Source: a virus
IMG/VR virus record: IMGVR_UViG_3300012954_000007
Length of the DNA: 64,000 nt
Strand: one strand, 5' to 3'
Every line of letters begins with the position of its first letter. Within the stretch, counting starts at the first letter, position 1. Below are positions 48,676-57,921 of this stretch, one piece after another. Below the pieces are notes generated by a model. The model was not told the DNA's origin and searched no databases. It saw only the letters and a program-made list of their open reading frames with translations. The position numbers were made by a program, and so were the translations under genes.

Positions 48676-48700
48676 TTATTAATTTTATTAAAACATACAA

Positions 48701-49495
48701 ATGAAAAAAACAGGACCTTTTATAAACCAGGACGAAATTTCACATTACTTAAAAGATGTGAGAAAAATAGACGTACTTACAGTTAACAGAGAAAAAATGT
48801 TAGCAAAAATTATGTTAAATGAGCCGACACCAGAACAAAAAGAACAAATCGAAAAAGAATTGATGTTGGGTAATCTAAGATTTGTTATTAGTGTCGCAAG
48901 AGACTATCAAAATCAAGGAGTAGATTTACCAGATTTAATCGCTGAAGGTAATCATGGTCTTTTAAAAGCAATTAGAAATTTTGATTGGAGTAAAGGTAAT
49001 AGATTTATTTCGTATGCTGTATGGTGGGTTAGACAATCTATATTTCAGTGTCTTAATGAACACGCAAGAACTATACGTCTACCAGCTAATGTTGTACAAG
49101 AAGTTCAGAAAGCTAAAAAAATGGTTGAAAAAGAAAATTACGTTATGGACAGTAAGTTACAAAATTTACCCTACACAACTAATTTAGACAGACCTATAAA
49201 TGAAGAAGGGGATACTTTGGTGACTGTAATTGAAAATGAAAACGCTGAAAACCCAGAAGATATTTTTGATACCGACGAACAGTTAAAAATAGAATTAAGA
49301 AAAATAATGACTGTATTAGATGATAGAGAAATGGTTATAATTGGTGATTATTTTGGATTAACGGGTACACCTCGTACACTATCAGACATAGGAAACGATT
49401 TTAATCTAACAAAGGAAAGGGTAAGACAAATAAAAGAGAAAGCATTACGTAAATTACGAAACGAAAGTAGAGAACTTTTAGATTACATACTCTAA
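48701..49495 (+). CDS. RNA polymerase sigma factor, sigma70 (RpoD/RpoS-like) family
   Basis: NLRFVISVA, DLIAEGNHGLLKA, RFISYAVWWVRQ, RTIRLP and TL..IG..FNLTKERVRQIKEKALRKLR. Confidence 0.95.
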   Translation: MKKTGPFINQDEISHYLKDVRKIDVLTVNREKMLAKIMLNEPTPEQKEQIEKELMLGNLRFVISVARDYQNQGVDLPDLIAEGNHGLLKAIRNFDWSKGNRFISYAVWWVRQSIFQCLNEHARTIRLPANVVQEVQKAKKMVEKENYVMDSKLQNLPYTTNLDRPINEEGDTLVTVIENENAENPEDIFDTDEQLKIELRKIMTVLDDREMVIIGDYFGLTGTPRTLSDIGNDFNLTKERVRQIKEKALRKLRNESRELLDYIL

Positions 49496-49524
49496 TTAAT
49501 ATTTATATTGTATAATATAAAATT

Positions 49525-50619
49525 ATGAAAAAGAGACTATTTCCTATATTAATTGCTTTATCAGCTCTAAGTGTTTCAGTTTCTGCTGCATTTTATTCAG
49601 TTTTTGGCCTAAGTAAATTATTTGCTGGTGCCAGTTACCAGGTAATGGTTATGGCGGGGTCTTTGGAATTCGCTAAATTAGTAGTGGCCTCTTTATTGTA
49701 CCAATACTGGGGCACTATAAATAAATTTTTAAGATTTTATCTTTCTTTAGCTGTATTCGTGTTAATATTAATAACAAGTGGTGGTATATATGGATTCTTA
49801 TCTGGAGCATATCAAGAAACTGCAACTAAATCAGAATTATTAGATAAGGGATTAAAAGTAGTGGAAATAAAACAAACTAGGTTTGAAGAACAAAAAACGG
49901 ATTTAACTATAGAAAAATCCCAATTAAATCAAACTATCACAGATTTGAGAACCTCATTATCTAACCCAGCACAAGTACAGTATGTGGATAGACAATCAGG
50001 ACAATTAATTACCACAACATCTAGTTCAGCTAGAAGGGCATTGGAGAGTGAACTAAAAAATACCATAGGTGAACGTGACACCATAAATGTTAGATTAGAA
50101 GCCGTACAAGATTCATTACTTAAATTAGATAGAGAAATACTTAATTTGGAAATATCAAATGAAGACCAGAGAGAACTAGGCCCCCTTAAATACTTAGCTG
50201 AAGTAACAGGACACCCAATGAATAAAGTGGTAAACTGGTTTCTTTTACTTATTATATTTGTTTTTGACCCTCTTGCTATAGCAATGGTAATAGCAGCAAA
50301 CTTTGCTTTTTCTAGGTTAAAAAAAGAAGAATCGGGACCATTACCACACCACCCACCCCAACCAATCATTCCTAGAAAAGTTATAATGGAAGAATTAGAT
50401 AGTAAAAAAGTTATGGGGGAAGAAGAAATAAATAAATTAAGTACATTAGTAGGTAAAGAAGAAAAAAAATTACAACCCGTAAAACCTTCTGAAGAAGACT
50501 TGAAAAAATTAGAACAAGTGTTAGGTTTAGATAAAAATAAATACTCAGTGGAAGATAAGGAAACTGATAAAAAAATATTAACTTACCGAAAAAGGGGTGG
50601 AGACGATACTAAAAAATAA
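49525..50619 (+). CDS. Multi-pass membrane protein with a central coiled coil
   Basis: Three N-terminal TM helices, a coiled coil, then GPLKYLA and a TM segment (FVFDPLAI). Confidence 0.75.
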   Translation: MKKRLFPILIALSALSVSVSAAFYSVFGLSKLFAGASYQVMVMAGSLEFAKLVVASLLYQYWGTINKFLRFYLSLAVFVLILITSGGIYGFLSGAYQETATKSELLDKGLKVVEIKQTRFEEQKTDLTIEKSQLNQTITDLRTSLSNPAQVQYVDRQSGQLITTTSSSARRALESELKNTIGERDTINVRLEAVQDSLLKLDREILNLEISNEDQRELGPLKYLAEVTGHPMNKVVNWFLLLIIFVFDPLAIAMVIAANFAFSRLKKEESGPLPHHPPQPIIPRKVIMEELDSKKVMGEEEINKLSTLVGKEEKKLQPVKPSEEDLKKLEQVLGLDKNKYSVEDKETDKKILTYRKRGGDDTKK

Positions 50620-51199
50620 AGCTAAATTATTCTCGTATAATAAAAAACACAATAAAACTCAAATTTTATTATGTCATACCTCACGCCCCCTTACCTATTT
50701 CAATAACAGTCTTAAATATAGGTTAGATGGGGAATATACCCGTATACCTACTTATACAATTTCTAAAACGGGTAAAGTAATTCAAAATTTTGACTCTAAT
50801 TATTACTCAGATTTTTTTGGTGTGGATAAAATAGATAAAAACACAATTGTTATATCATTAGAAAATCTAGGGTGGTTAAAATATAATACTTTAAATAATA
50901 AGTACGTCAACTGGATTGGTGATATTTATAAAGGAGAGGTGTATCAAAAAAGATGGAGAGATAAAACATTTTGGTCTAACTATCCTGATAAACAATTAAG
51001 AGCATGTGCACATTTAATAAATCAATTATGTTCTGAACATAATATACCTCTTGAAATGATTGGTCATAATGTCAAGGTCGATGGAGTTATAAGTTTTTCT
51101 GGCATAACAGCAAGAAGTAACTATAGTGAGTATTGGACAGACCTAAGTCCCTCATTTGATTTTAAAAAATTAAAAACATATATAGATGAAAAAAATTAA
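50597..51199 (+). CDS. N-acetylmuramoyl-L-alanine amidase (Amidase_2)-like protein
   Basis: ILLCHT, YTISKTGKVIQ, IVISLEN, QLRACAHLI..L and D.SPSFDF pattern; some Zn ligands look atypical. Confidence 0.7.
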   Translation: METILKNKAKLFSYNKKHNKTQILLCHTSRPLTYFNNSLKYRLDGEYTRIPTYTISKTGKVIQNFDSNYYSDFFGVDKIDKNTIVISLENLGWLKYNTLNNKYVNWIGDIYKGEVYQKRWRDKTFWSNYPDKQLRACAHLINQLCSEHNIPLEMIGHNVKVDGVISFSGITARSNYSEYWTDLSPSFDFKKLKTYIDEKN

Positions 51200-51812
51200 T
51201 TACAATAAGAAAACAGTCAACGGAAGTTTTGTAGACCACAGATACGATGACATGAAAACTATGTTAGATAGAGTACGTCTTATAAATGAACAAGCTGAGG
51301 GTGAAGTAGAAACAGAAACTCAGGACGAAGATGAACCAAGAGAAAGACCTACAGTCGAAGAAGAACTTACTAAAGAATATACTGTAAGTGGAGGTAAGAT
51401 TATAGTACACGGTGCTTCAGAAAAAGACCTAGTTTTAACTGATGAAGAACAATCTTCTTTTCAGGAAACTATGGAACAATTTGCGGAAGAAGTGTCTGAT
51501 ATGGCACAATTTCACCCATTAAACATTTATAAAAACAATGTAGAGTGGTCTGGTGACCTATTAAGGTTCGATGTAAGATTTTACTACTCTATTGCTGAAG
51601 TAGAAGGAACTTACATTGGAAATGCAAGTATGATTAAGGTGGATAATAAATTTATGGAAGTATTGGGTAAGATTAAAAGTTTTTACAATACTTTCGAATC
51701 TAAATGGGCTAAAGTTTTAGCGGACCGAAGAACTACAGAAGTAGAAAAAGAAGAAGGTCTAGGTGATGATGAACTTTCAGTCGATGTAGAAATGGATAGT
51801 GGAATAGAATAA
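51186..51812 (+). CDS. Hypothetical acidic protein
   Basis: ORF containing a DMKTMLDRVRLINEQ motif. Confidence 0.7.
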   Translation: MKKINYNKKTVNGSFVDHRYDDMKTMLDRVRLINEQAEGEVETETQDEDEPRERPTVEEELTKEYTVSGGKIIVHGASEKDLVLTDEEQSSFQETMEQFAEEVSDMAQFHPLNIYKNNVEWSGDLLRFDVRFYYSIAEVEGTYIGNASMIKVDNKFMEVLGKIKSFYNTFESKWAKVLADRRTTEVEKEEGLGDDELSVDVEMDSGIE

Positions 51813-51814
51813 TT

Positions 51815-52126
51815 ATGAAAGAATTTTTTAAAAAAACTTGGAAGTATATTTTAGGATTTGTCGGGTTCTTTGTTGGACTTGTATGGTTTTTAAATTCTAA
51901 CTCTAATCGTAAAGTTAGAAAAATTAAAGACCAAATCAAAGATAATGAAGGAGACACTAAAGTAATTAAAAAAGAAATTGAACACACAGTTAAGACTAAA
52001 GAACAGATAAAGAAAAATATTAAGTCTACTGATAAAAAATTAAAAGAGGTTAATAGTAAAAAACCTAAAGTTAAACGTAAAACTGGTAAACAAGCTGCCG
52101 AAGACCTTAAAAAAAGATTAAAGTAA
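51815..52126 (+). CDS. N-terminal TM plus basic coiled-coil protein (i-spanin-like topology)
   Basis: WKYILGFVGFFVGLVWFL followed by Lys-rich heptads. Confidence 0.65.
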   Translation: MKEFFKKTWKYILGFVGFFVGLVWFLNSNSNRKVRKIKDQIKDNEGDTKVIKKEIEHTVKTKEQIKKNIKSTDKKLKEVNSKKPKVKRKTGKQAAEDLKKRLK

Positions 52127-52552
52127 ATGAAGTTACACTCCAGAACATGTGTTAAGTTACTGATAAGTTATCTTATAATATTAATTTTATTAATCCTATC
52201 AGGAGGAGATGCAAAAGCACAAACATCAGACAGTTCATTTACCTTTACCGAATCCGAAGTCTTAAAATTGGATTCCCTAGTTCAAACACAAGAACAAACA
52301 ATTAAAATACAAAATGAAAAAATTCTAATATTAGAATCACAATTATATAACTATAAATTATTACATAGACAGGACAGTCTTCACATAAGTCTATTAAATC
52401 AAAATGTTAGTTTATTAGACGATAGAATCAATCTTTATATAGATTTAAATAAAGAACTAACACCCAAATGGTATAATAAACCTATCGTACATTTTTTCCT
52501 TGGTGCTGCCACTATAACTACTAGTGCTATAGTTCTTAATTTAATTAAGTAA
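52127..52552 (+). CDS. Signal-peptide-bearing coiled-coil protein with C-terminal TM
   Basis: Hydrophobic N-terminus with an AKA|Q cleavage site; PKWYNKP followed by a hydrophobic tail. Confidence 0.68.
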   Translation: MKLHSRTCVKLLISYLIILILLILSGGDAKAQTSDSSFTFTESEVLKLDSLVQTQEQTIKIQNEKILILESQLYNYKLLHRQDSLHISLLNQNVSLLDDRINLYIDLNKELTPKWYNKPIVHFFLGAATITTSAIVLNLIK

Positions 52553-52595
52553 GAATCCTTATTTACATAGTATTTATATAATATACTATATATGA

Positions 52596-52853
52596 ATGGC
52601 ACTAACAAACACAGATAAAAAAGAAGTAGAAAGGATAACACGTAAAGAAATCAAAGATTTCCTTAAAACCGCGTCGTTCGAAAAAGATGTTATAGACGTG
52701 GTAGATTCCCAACTTAAAAGAAAGAATACTAAACTTTCAAAAACTCATCGTGCTGAAGTGGTAGATGTGAGTACTAAAGTATTAATAGAATTATATAAAA
52801 CTTTTTGGTTAAGAAGAAATTTCTGGGATAGTCAAATTAAAAACGTTAAGTAA
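52596..52853 (+). CDS. Hypothetical protein
   Basis: ORF with TATTTATA at 52571-78 upstream. Confidence 0.7.
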   Translation: MALTNTDKKEVERITRKEIKDFLKTASFEKDVIDVVDSQLKRKNTKLSKTHRAEVVDVSTKVLIELYKTFWLRRNFWDSQIKNVK

Positions 52854-52855
52854 AT

Positions 52856-53617
52856 ATGGAACCATTACAAAAATACAAAAATGATGTACGTTCAATGGTT
52901 AAAAACGCTCATCAAAACTACGGTGTTAAGGTTAGTCAGGGAGGACTGGAATCCATGAAAGCTGGAAAAGAAATGATGAAATCAGCAGAGTTTAACGAAG
53001 AAGAAATAGATGAGATGACTGGTGCTGGTTCTGCAGGAGCATTTGTAGCACCTATGGGTTGGAATAATGATACTGGTATGAGTAAACCCAAAAACGAAGA
53101 AGAACTAGACGAAATGACTGGAAGTGCTTCAGCGGGTGCTTATTCACAACCGGCCATATGGGCAAAAAATAAAAAGAATTGGAGAGCTGTTAGTGACCCT
53201 AATTTTCCTAGATATGGAGGACCAGGTGCTAAGTATGTTAGAGTAAAAGAAAAGTGTAGAAAGTTCCCGTACTGTAATCAAGGAGATATTAACGCTTTAG
53301 AATTCTACGAAGATAAAAAACTACAAGAGACAATTAAAAAAGTTGCTAAAAAAACTAACAAGTCAGAAAAGTATTTAAAAAATATTATCTTACAAGAAAT
53401 GCAAAGCATTTTTCAAAAAGACATGAAAAAATACCAGAGAGAGAAAATGAAACTGGAAAAACAAAAGAAGAAAAAATACACAAAAAAAGAAATTGATGAA
53501 ATGATTAGGAGAGGATTCTACCACTCACCAATAACATCTTTAGTTGGAAATGTTAAAATGGATAAACCTATAGGACAAATTTATTCAATGAAAGGTAATA
53601 AACCTAAGTACGAATAA
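52856..53617 (+). CDS. Hypothetical protein with duplicated EEE(I/L)DEMTG...AGA(F/Y)..P motif
   Basis: Two copies of the motif, plus CRKFPYCNQG. Confidence 0.72.
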   Translation: MEPLQKYKNDVRSMVKNAHQNYGVKVSQGGLESMKAGKEMMKSAEFNEEEIDEMTGAGSAGAFVAPMGWNNDTGMSKPKNEEELDEMTGSASAGAYSQPAIWAKNKKNWRAVSDPNFPRYGGPGAKYVRVKEKCRKFPYCNQGDINALEFYEDKKLQETIKKVAKKTNKSEKYLKNIILQEMQSIFQKDMKKYQREKMKLEKQKKKKYTKKEIDEMIRRGFYHSPITSLVGNVKMDKPIGQIYSMKGNKPKYE

Positions 53618-53656
53618 GACCTACGTTATATTTATATACTATAAAAGAAAAGAATT

Positions 53657-54358
53657 ATGTCTAAAATTAAATTAAATAAAAAAGTAAAAACTACGATTCA
53701 AGATATATTTGAAAGTGAGTTAAAACCTATCGTTCAAAAAGAGATGTTAAAAAAGAAGATTAAAAAACAACTTAAAGAAGCAAAGGACACATATAATTTT
53801 CCTGGTTATGTTGTGACTAATCAGGCATTGAAAGATTCTGCTAAACAGAATACTGCTGCTATGGACGCGGTTTCAGATAAAATCAAAAAATATTTAGACT
53901 TTAAAAATAATTCTAATCCAGAATTTCCTCATCAAAATAATTCTAAAACTGATTATCAATCACCAATGTATAGAAATAGTACAGAAGAAGAAGAATTTAT
54001 TGAAGACTGGAGAGGTATGGGGTTAAACAATTTACAATATCAAAACAAACCCAATAAACAATTTGAGGACCAAGTAAATGACTATATTGATGGTTCTATT
54101 AGAACAGGTAACAATACAGGTAAAGATAGTAGTGGTCAACAAGTGGGTAATGTAGTACCTTCTAACCTAGGTAAAAACATTAAAAAACAAACTCAAAGAA
54201 AATATAAAAAACTCCAAAGTGATGAATGGGCTGAAGCTATACCAAATAGATACGGTAAGAGAAAAGCAAACGCAAATTATATGGTAGCTGAAGCACTTAA
54301 AGAACTTAAACAAAATGTGTTAAAGGAAAACATTAAGAGAAAAAGAAGAAACTCATAA
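53657..54358 (+). CDS. Hypothetical protein
   Basis: ORF with TATTTATA at 53629-36 upstream. Confidence 0.7.
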   Translation: MSKIKLNKKVKTTIQDIFESELKPIVQKEMLKKKIKKQLKEAKDTYNFPGYVVTNQALKDSAKQNTAAMDAVSDKIKKYLDFKNNSNPEFPHQNNSKTDYQSPMYRNSTEEEEFIEDWRGMGLNNLQYQNKPNKQFEDQVNDYIDGSIRTGNNTGKDSSGQQVGNVVPSNLGKNIKKQTQRKYKKLQSDEWAEAIPNRYGKRKANANYMVAEALKELKQNVLKENIKRKRRNS

Positions 54359-54395
54359 TCTTTATTAACTCTAAAACTTCCATATATTTATTATT

Positions 54396-54863
54396 ATGGA
54401 AGATAAAAGAAGATTTTCACCTATAGAATTTTATAGATACGTTAGTGAACCTGTGTCTCAGAAAGACCTGGATATTTGGTTTAAAGCTAATAACATAGTG
54501 CAGGAAAAATCAGAGTTATTTTTTTATTTTATAAAATCTTTATACCTTTTAGTAGATAAAACTTATTTAGGTTCTGATGTAATAAAAGACGAAGAAAGTA
54601 AAAACCATTTTAACTGGTGTTGGACAAAAGTAATAAATAATCTGGAGAAAGAAGGAATCAAATTTAATATCCAGGGTGAACACTTAGATTACTTTTGGAA
54701 TTTCTTCTTAGAATCATTTTATAATAATGATAACACCTTAGTTATAGATAAAGTAGATAAGTTTTTTTCTACCTTATTTGTTATAAATGACCCTAAAACA
54801 AAGTCTGAATTAGACATCTATACCGAACTTTACAAAACTTTAGATAATAATCTTATCAAATAA
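54396..54863 (+). CDS. Hypothetical protein
   Basis: Full-length ORF with typical codon usage. Confidence 0.7.
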   Translation: MEDKRRFSPIEFYRYVSEPVSQKDLDIWFKANNIVQEKSELFFYFIKSLYLLVDKTYLGSDVIKDEESKNHFNWCWTKVINNLEKEGIKFNIQGEHLDYFWNFFLESFYNNDNTLVIDKVDKFFSTLFVINDPKTKSELDIYTELYKTLDNNLIK

Positions 54864-54948
54864 AGTTGACTTCTACCTCTCTTATAGTTAATTTTTTCAC
54901 ATACGTTCATAACGTACGCAATAATAAATTTTAAATTAATACAAAAAA

Positions 54949-55125
54949 ATGGAAACATTAACGCAACTTAAAGAACTAGTAGAAAGTCTATCGGTAGACT
55001 CTAGTAAATTTTTTGAAAACAGTAACAAGAGTGCTGGAATTAGAGCAAGAAAAACTGCACAACAAATTAAAAATCTGTGTCAAGATTTAAGAAAAGAAAT
55101 TTTAGAAGCTAATAAATCTCAGTAA
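54949..55125 (+). CDS. Histone H1-like (Hc1 family) small protein, 58 aa (not in ORF track)
   Basis: Hand translation METLTQLKELVESLSVDSSKFFENSNKSAGIRARKTAQQIKNLCQDLRKEILEANKSQ; the KF...NK.AG.RARK motif is typical of Hc1-like proteins. Confidence 0.85.
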   Translation: METLTQLKELVESLSVDSSKFFENSNKSAGIRARKTAQQIKNLCQDLRKEILEANKSQ

Positions 55126-55127
55126 TT

Positions 55128-55322
55128 ATGGTTATGATAAAAGGTTTTATATTTATAATTTCTATTTTATTGGTAGTGAAATATGTAAGCACTTTTATTA
55201 TTAATCTATTGAGTAATCCACCTAAAAAAATGAAAATGAGATACTACAAAAGTATTGCTGTGGATGAGATAATGATTTATTTTGCAGTGTCTTATTTTTT
55301 AACATACATAATTTTTAAATGA
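55128..55322 (+). CDS. Small two-TM membrane protein
   Basis: Two hydrophobic helices; coupled to its neighbours. Confidence 0.6.
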   Translation: MVMIKGFIFIISILLVVKYVSTFIINLLSNPPKKMKMRYYKSIAVDEIMIYFAVSYFLTYIIFK

Positions 55323-55822
55323 GTTTATTTAACAGTATACAAAGATTGGGTAAAACTTTTTACAGTATAAGGAAACATGAAAATTACTTTATTCTAGATT
55401 TAATGTTTCCAGTCAATTGGACCTATGAAGGTTTATATAATAAAGAAAAGATAGCTGTAAAAGTTAATAAGAATAGTAATGGAACTTTTGTAATATCTTT
55501 CTATTGTATAGATAACCAAGATGAGGTTAGTTTTTTGGAAACTGAGGTTTTAAGAATCATTAAAGTTAATAAAGACGAAGAAGAAAAACAAATGTTGTTA
55601 ATTCAGAAAAAAGAAGAACTTGAAAGATTATTCCTGTCTAAAAATTTAGAAGAATTAAAAACTATAAGCTTTAACCATAAAAAAGAAATCAGTTTACCTA
55701 ATATACCTTTAACAACAAATAATGGGAAAAATAACACAGAACTTGGAGTGGTTGCAGAAACAGATAAAAAAGGACAACAAACAAATCCTAAACCACAAGA
55801 ACCAAATAATACAGACAATTAA
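55319..55822 (+). CDS. Hypothetical protein
   Basis: ATGA overlap with the upstream gene. Confidence 0.7.
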   Translation: MSLFNSIQRLGKTFYSIRKHENYFILDLMFPVNWTYEGLYNKEKIAVKVNKNSNGTFVISFYCIDNQDEVSFLETEVLRIIKVNKDEEEKQMLLIQKKEELERLFLSKNLEELKTISFNHKKEISLPNIPLTTNNGKNNTELGVVAETDKKGQQTNPKPQEPNNTDN

Positions 55823-56150
55823 AAAAAAATTACCTGTATTAGAAAAAAACGAATTAAATATGCCACAATTTAGTGAAAAATATTTAAGAGAAAAAGAAGA
55901 AGATAATAAACCTAAAATTATGGAGGGATATTTAGCGTCCCTCCTTAATCTTTCTGATAACCTACCTTTCACTACTCTTAAAGCCGAAATGAATTTTACA
56001 GTTGATTCCAACACATACGTAAAAATATTAAAAGAAGTTGAGAAAATTAAATTAGGTGAGGAAGTAGAACCAGAACTATTAAACATAGAACCAACCTTCG
56101 ATGTTCAAATAGGGGAAATATTAGTTACTTTTAATATGAAATTAGATTAA
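55722..56150 (+). CDS. Hypothetical protein (overlaps the upstream gene by 101 nt)
   Basis: Plausible protein composition. Confidence 0.6.
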   Translation: MGKITQNLEWLQKQIKKDNKQILNHKNQIIQTIKKKLPVLEKNELNMPQFSEKYLREKEEDNKPKIMEGYLASLLNLSDNLPFTTLKAEMNFTVDSNTYVKILKEVEKIKLGEEVEPELLNIEPTFDVQIGEILVTFNMKLD

Positions 56151-56779
56151 TAGGTGTAATGTTTATATAATAGTTTTCTACAAAATCCCTTACTCTCTAG
56201 TAAATTATAAAGTTCTTTTCTTTGGACGGTAGATAAATCTCGACTTATTAAAAAATTAAATTTACCGTTATCGGTAAAATATTTTTTTATACAAGATAAA
56301 AATCTTGAAGCCTCACTTACATTTTTTAAACTAAATAAATTAAACAAATCGTTATTTTGTACTACTACTTTATTATTTAGTGAATATATTTGTATAATGT
56401 TTTTAGTATTTAAATATCTATCGTATAATTCTTTAAAATCTATCCTCCTACCTAACTGATGGTCGTAAACTTTTTCCTCTATAAGAAAAGGTTTAATTTT
56501 AATAATTTGATATTTTTTATTTTTCATAGTAACCTCAGTTAATCTTCCTAGTTCATCCCTACGATGTATAGGGGTCTTCCTACATTTACCAATACAAACT
56601 AAAGCCAACTCAAATTCACATTCTATTTTTTTATTGTACTTTACAGGGAATATAACATTTGATTTTTTATGTATTTCTTTGTATTTTTTATTAATGTTAG
56701 TAAAAATACGAGAACTAGCAACAATTCTTTTTTTAGATTTGTTGTTAAATAAAACAATTTGATAACTAGTGATATCCAT
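56147..56779 (-). CDS. Hypothetical basic protein, antisense to its neighbours
   Basis: 210-aa ORF filling the gap exactly, with no competing plus-strand ORF. Confidence 0.75.
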   Translation of the reverse strand: MDITSYQIVLFNNKSKKRIVASSRIFTNINKKYKEIHKKSNVIFPVKYNKKIECEFELALVCIGKCRKTPIHRRDELGRLTEVTMKNKKYQIIKIKPFLIEEKVYDHQLGRRIDFKELYDRYLNTKNIIQIYSLNNKVVVQNNDLFNLFSLKNVSEASRFLSCIKKYFTDNGKFNFLISRDLSTVQRKELYNLLESKGFCRKLLYKHYTY

Positions 56780-57733
56780 ATGAAAAATTATTATGAAATT
56801 TTAGGTGTAAGTAAAGAGGCAACTGCGGAAGAAATAAAAAAAAGTTATCGTAAACTTTCTTTAAAATATCATCCAGATAAAAATCCTGATGGTGAAGATA
56901 AATTTAAAGAAATATCTGAAGCTTATAGTATTTTAAGTGATAATGAAAAAAGAAATAAATATGATAATGGTGGGATGAACTTTGAGGACCTTTTTAGTGG
57001 TAATGCGGGTAACCCATTTGATATGTTTAATGACTTATTTGGTAACCAAGGTTTTAATCAACAACCTAGAACTAGAAGAGGTAGAGATTTAAATGTGAAT
57101 TTAAATATATCACTAGAAGATTCATATTTCGGTAAAGAAAAGACTTTAAATTTTAATAGAGTGACTACTAATAACAAAATGTGTGGGACATGTAAGGGAC
57201 AAGGAATAGTCCATCAAACAGTTCAACAAGGACCCTTTAGGCAAGTACTCCGCACCACGTGCCCAAGTTGTAATGGTAATGGTTTTGAAGGGGGAGGATT
57301 CTACAAAAAAGAAGAAGTTAAATTTAATATTCCTAAAGGTATTGATGATGGTTTACTGATGAAGTTAAGAGGTAAAGGTAATGCTGTTTGGGGTGGAATT
57401 GATGGAGACTTATTAATAAAAATTCGTATACTACCACACACTACTTTTAAAAGAGCTGCTGAACAATTACATTATAATGAGGATATTAATTTTGTTGATA
57501 TTTGTTTAGGTAAAGAAATATTAATAAAACATTTTGATGGTGAAATTAAAGTAGTAGTACCACCTAATTCAGACTTTAAAAAACCTCTTCGTGTAAAAGA
57601 AAAAGGATTTTATGACCCATCTGGTTTTAAAGGAGATTTATATGTATTTTTAAATCCAGTAAACCCTATTAGTATCACAGAAAATGAAAAAAAATTACTA
57701 GAAAAATTAAAAGAAGAAGAAAACTTTAAATAA
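56780..57733 (+). CDS. dnaJ: DnaJ/Hsp40 co-chaperone
   Basis: [10 protein letters not shown]...YHPDKN J domain, G/F region, two CxxCxGxG motifs and C-terminal domain; ATG at 56780. Confidence 0.93.
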   Translation: MKNYYEILGVSKEATAEEIKKSYRKLSLKYHPDKNPDGEDKFKEISEAYSILSDNEKRNKYDNGGMNFEDLFSGNAGNPFDMFNDLFGNQGFNQQPRTRRGRDLNVNLNISLEDSYFGKEKTLNFNRVTTNNKMCGTCKGQGIVHQTVQQGPFRQVLRTTCPSCNGNGFEGGGFYKKEEVKFNIPKGIDDGLLMKLRGKGNAVWGGIDGDLLIKIRILPHTTFKRAAEQLHYNEDINFVDICLGKEILIKHFDGEIKVVVPPNSDFKKPLRVKEKGFYDPSGFKGDLYVFLNPVNPISITENEKKLLEKLKEEENFK

Positions 57734-57921
57734 TGGAAAAAGAAAAAAAATGTAAGGGTTGTAAAAAGAAACCTTTAACCGATTTAAATGAACAAAAAAT
57801 TAAAGACGAACAGTTTTCACCCCTTGTCAAAGTCTTAATTTCTTTGTATACTGTATTAGCAATATATGGTTCTATCCGTTTATTTATGGATTTAAATAAC
57901 CTATTTAAAAATATATTTTAA
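57733..57921 (+). CDS. Small protein with CxxC and a TM helix
   Basis: KCKGCKK followed by a hydrophobic helix; coupled by TAATG at both ends. Confidence 0.65.
   Translation: MEKEKKCKGCKKKPLTDLNEQKIKDEQFSPLVKVLISLYTVLAIYGSIRLFMDLNNLFKNIF

Noticed and set aside
55722-55822. 101-nt overlap between two plus-strand genes as a possible programmed frameshift
   Set aside because: The downstream ORF has its own ATG and A-rich leader, and a simple C-terminal run-on explains the overlap.
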